From the NCBI RefSeq assembly GCF_963921235.1, contig NC_086097.1, positions 11,842,001 to 11,906,000 of the forward strand: a stretch of 64,000 bases of DNA, written 5' to 3'. The stretch comes from Mobula hypostoma (taxonomy: Eukaryota). Shown here one piece after another: positions 59,730-64,000 of this stretch (position 1 is its first letter; each line of letters starts with the position of its first letter). The notes beneath the pieces were generated by a model, which was not told the DNA's origin, did no database searches, and saw only the letters and a program-made list of their open reading frames with translations. Position numbers and translations under genes: made by a program.

Positions 59730-60915
59730 CTGGACTTTCAGAAAGCCTTTGATAAAGTCCCACATAGGAAATTAGTGGGCTAAATTAGGGCACATGGTAT
59801 TGGGGGCAGAGTACTGGATTGAAAATTGGCTGGCTGACAGAAAACAAAGAGTAGTGATTAACGGGTCCCTTTTGGAATGGCAGGCGGTGACCAGTGGGGT
59901 ACCGCAGGGTTCAGTGCTGGCACCGCAGCTGTTTACAATATATATTAATGATTTAGATGAGGGAATTAAAAGTAACATTAGCAAATTTGCCGATGACACA
60001 AAGCTGGATGGCAGTGTGAAATGTGAGGAGGATGTTATGAGAATGCAGGGTGACTTGGACAGGCTGGGTGAGTGGGCAGATGCATGGCAGATGCAGTTTA
60101 ATGTGGATAAATGTGAGGTTATCCACTTTGGTGGTAAGAACAGGAAGGCAGATTATTATCTAAATGGAGTCAAGTTAGGAAAAGGGAAAGCACAATGAGA
60201 TCGAGGTGTTCTTGTACATCAGTCACTGAAAGCAAGCATGCAAGTACAGCAGGCAGTGAAGAAAGCTAATGGCATGCTGGCCGTCATAACAAGGGGAATT
60301 GAGTATAAGAACAAAGAGGTCCTTCTGCAGCTGTACAGGGCCCTGGTGAGACCACACCTGGAGTACTGTGTGCAGTTTTGGTCTCCAAATTTGAGGGAGG
60401 ACATTCTTGCTATTGAGGGAGTGCAGCGTAGGTTCGCAAGGTTAATTCCCGGGATGGCGGGACTGTCATATGTCGAAAGATTGGAATAGCTGGGCTTGTA
60501 TATTCTGGAATTTAGAAGGCTGAGAGGGAATCTTATTGAAACATATAAGATTATTAAGGGATTGGACACGCTGCAGGCAGGAAGCATGTTCCCGCTGATG
60601 GGTGAGTCCAGAACCAGAGGCCACAGTTTAAGAATTAGGGGTAGGCCATTTAGAACGGAGTTGAGGAAAAACTTTTTCACCCAGAGAGTGGTGGATATAT
60701 GGAATGCTCTGCCCCAGAAGGCTGTGGAGGCCAAGTCTCTGGATGCTTTCAAAAAAGAGATGGATAGAGCTCTTAAAGATAGCAGAATCAAAGGTTATGG
60801 GGAAAAGGCAGGAACTGGATACTGATTGTGGATGATCAGCCATGATCACAGTGAATGGCGGTGCTGGCTCAAAGGGCCGAATGGCCTACTCCAGCACCTA
60901 TTGTCTATTGTCTAT
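59730..60915 (+). mobile_element. CR1 LINE fragment (stops and frameshift)
   Basis: ORFs 59794-60198, 60238-60489, 60496-60825; (attgtct)n tail; same subfamily as 46781-47363. Confidence 0.92.
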
Positions 60916-61439
60916 TATCAATGGAGAGGAACATTTTGGGTTAAGACCTTTCCTCAGGACCTTTCATCCCAGAGCATCTTCTAGCCAATGAAATATCTTT
61001 CAAGTATAGTTTTGATTTGGAAATGACCGCTACAGGTTTGCTCATGGAAAGCTCTGATGAACAGCATGATGGCTTGATGTTAACTTTTGGAAATGCTGTC
61101 TGAAAAACAAATGCTGGGCTTGATTGAACAAAGTGCCGCATTATTCTTTACAATTGCTCCTTGAATCTTGTGCCTTCAAAGTCAAAGTCAAAGATGAGTT
61201 TGTTGCCCTAATATGCTGCAGCATTGCATGGTGCAGAAACTGCACTGTCCTACCTACCATCAAGGACATATATATATATAGAAAGGTGCCATAAAAAAGA
61301 CCGTACCTTTATGAACGATCCCATACATTCTGCTCATAGACTGTTTGCTCCACTCTCATCAAGGAGTAGACCAGGTAGAATCCACGCCAAGACCAGCAAA
61401 CTCAAAAACAGTTGTTCTCCCCAAGCCGTAAGGCTGATG

Positions 61440-61820
61440 ATCAGGCAGATGGGGCTCATCATCATCAGCCATAGTTGGTAGCGCATCCAGGAGAAGGGAA
61501 ACTCTGATCTCAAACTTCCACTGCCTTGCGGTTATACCTACTCATGGGGAAAGCTTCTGGAGTAAACCCTAAGGAAAATACTGGTGCTGGAGTCCCTAAG
61601 GCCGTTGTACATTGAGCTCAACATTGACTGGCAACATCTGTGATGCCACTGATGCAGAACTGTATTGGTCTCTGCCATTCCTTTACAATTGTCAGATACA
61701 TAGAGAGAGGCAGCTTGCTACATCGGCAACAGCTTGCTCTCCATATCATACTGCCCTGGCTTGTGTACTGCGTATCTCGTAGACAGCTAGGACCCAACAT
61801 TCATGGTTGACTTCGACCAT
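61440..61820 (+). mobile_element. RTE 5'UTR-derived non-autonomous element inside a Rex tail
   Basis: catccaggagaagggaaactctgatctcaaacttccactgccttgcggttatacc; Rex KNSCSPQAVRL upstream resumes at ~61830. Confidence 0.55.
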
Positions 61821-61901
61821 TCACAAAGCTGATCAACTACTCAACTCACTAATCCACCCCTCCACCACTACTTTATCATTTTCTGTCAGCGTCATTTTAT
61901 G

Positions 61902-64000
61902 TAGAAACATAGAAACATCGAAAACGTACAACACAATACAGGCCCTTCCCCCCACAATGCTGTGCCAAACATGTACTTACTTTAGAAATTACCTAGGGTT
62001 ACACATAGCCCTCTACTTTTCTAAGCTCCATGTACCTAACCAGGAGTCTGTTAAAAGACCCTATCCACCACCGTTGGCGACAATCTGTTCCATGCACTCA
62101 CCACTGTCTGCATAAAAATACTTACCCCTGACATCTCCTCTGTACCTACTTCCAAGCACCTAAAAACTGTGCCCTCTCATGTTAGCCAGTTCAGCACTGG
62201 GGAAAAACCTCTGACTATCCACACAATCAATGTCTTTCATCGTCTTATATACCTCTGTCAGGTCACCTCTCATCCTCCGTCACTCCAAGGAGAAAAGGCC
62301 AAGTTCACTCAACCTATTCTCATAAGTCATGCTCCCCAATCCAGGCAACATCCTTGTAAATCTCCTCTGCACTCTATAGTTTCAACATCCTTTCTGTAGT
62401 GAGGTGACCAGAACTGAGAACAGTACTCCAAGTAGGGTTTGACTAGGGTCTTATATAGCTGTAACTTTACCTCTCAGCTCTTAAACTCAATCCCACAGTT
62501 GATGTAGGCCAACAGACTGCATGTCTTCTGAGCCACAGAGTCAACCTGCGTAGCAGCTTTAAGTGTCCTATGGATTTGGACCCCAAGGTCCCTCTGATCC
62601 TCCACACTGCCAAGAGTTTTACCATTAATACTATATTCTGCCATCATATTTGATCTACCAAAATGAACCACCTCACACTTATCTGGGTTGAACTCTATCC
62701 CAGCCCAGTTTTGCTGTAACCTCTGACAGCCCTCCACACTATCCACAACAACCCTAACCTTTGTGTCATCAGCAAATTTACTAACCCATCCCTTCACTTC
62801 CACATGCAGGTTATTTATAAAAATCATGCAGAGTAGGGGTCCCAGAACATTTCCCTGAGGCACACTGCTGACCACGAACTCCATGCAGAATATGACCCAT
62901 CTACAACCACTCTTTGCCTTCTGTGGGCAAGCCATTTCTGGATCCACAAAGCAATGTCCCCGTGGATCACATGCCTACTTACTTTCTCAATAAGCCTTGC
63001 ATGGGATACTTTTATCAAATGCCTTTCTGAAATCCATATATACTACATCTACTGCTCTACCTTCATCAATGTGTTTAGTCACATCCTCATAAAATTCAAT
63101 TAGGCTCGTAAGGCATGACCTGCCTTTGACAAAGCCATGCTGGCTATTCTTAATCATATTATGCCTCTCCAAATGTTCATAAACCCTGCCTCTCAGGATC
63201 TTCTCTATCAACTTACCAACCACTGAAGTAAGACTCACTGGTCTATAATTTCCCGGGCTATCTCTACTCCTTTTCTTGAATAAGGGAACAACATTCTCAA
63301 CCGTCCAATACTCCGGAACCTCTCCCGTCCCCATTGATGATGCAAAGATCATTGCTAGAGGCTCAGCAATCTCCTCCCTTGCTTCCCACAGTAGCCTGTG
63401 GTATATCTCATCCAGTCCCAGAAACTTATCTAACTTGATGCTTTTCAAAAGCTCCAGCACATCCCCTTTCTTAATGTCTATATGCTCAAGCTTTTCACTA
63501 CACTGTAAGTCATCCCTACAATCACCAAGGTCCTTTTCTGCAGTGAATACTGAAGCAAAGTATTCATTAAGTACCTCCAATACCTCCTCCAGTTCCATAC
63601 ACACTTTTGCACTGTAACACTTGATTGGTCCTTTTCTCTCATGCCTTATCCTCTTGCTCTTCACATACTTGTAGAATGCCTTGGGGTTTTCCTTAATCCT
63701 GCTTGCCAAGGACTTCTCATGGCCACTTCTGGCTCTCCTAATTTCATTCTTAAGCTCCTTCCTACTAGCCTTATATTTTTCTAGATCTCTATCATTACTT
63801 AGTTTTTTGAACCTTTCGTAAACTTTTCTTTTCTTCTTGACCAGATTTTTTTCAACAGCCTTTGTGCACCACAGTTCCTGTAACCTACCAACTTATTCCT
63901 GTCTCACTGGAATGTGCCTGTTCAAAATGCCACAGAAATATCCCCTGAACATTTGCCACATTTCTGCTGTACATTTCCCTGAGAACATCCGTTCCCAATT
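61902..64000 (-). mobile_element. CR1 LINE (decayed), runs off the window end
   Basis: ORFs 62987-63709 (NPKAFYKYV..NEYFASVFT..YRPVSLTS..MDFRKAFD) and 62474-62947 (KFADDTKV). Confidence 0.92.

Overview
Eukaryotic, repeat-saturated vertebrate DNA with no recognisable host protein-coding gene. It reads as intronic or intergenic sequence. The repeat mix (HE1-type V-SINEs, several CR1 subfamilies, Rex1/Babar LINEs, Penelope-derived fold-back repeats) suggests a cartilaginous fish, probably a ray; this is an inference. Every long ORF is retrotransposon ORF2/RT. Also present: a Tc1 relic, a Chapaev3 (RAG1/Transib-related) relic with intact CAC..GTG ends, a HERO (R2-group, RLE) LINE fragment, several RTE-derived bipartite SINE families, two possible solo LTRs, a CpG-rich promoter-like island (~20.3-21.3 kb) and a few isolated splice-site pairs, including a 6-nt microexon or recursive-splice candidate. 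The top candidate novelty is in the HERO 3' UTR (27947-28021, minus strand). It contains every hammerhead-ribozyme core element in a non-canonical, pseudoknotted strand order, with a canonical kink-turn in stem III. Separately, many Penelope-derived repeats carry decayed minimal dimer-type hammerheads. Repeat boundaries and family names were assigned by eye and from recalled motifs, so they are approximate.
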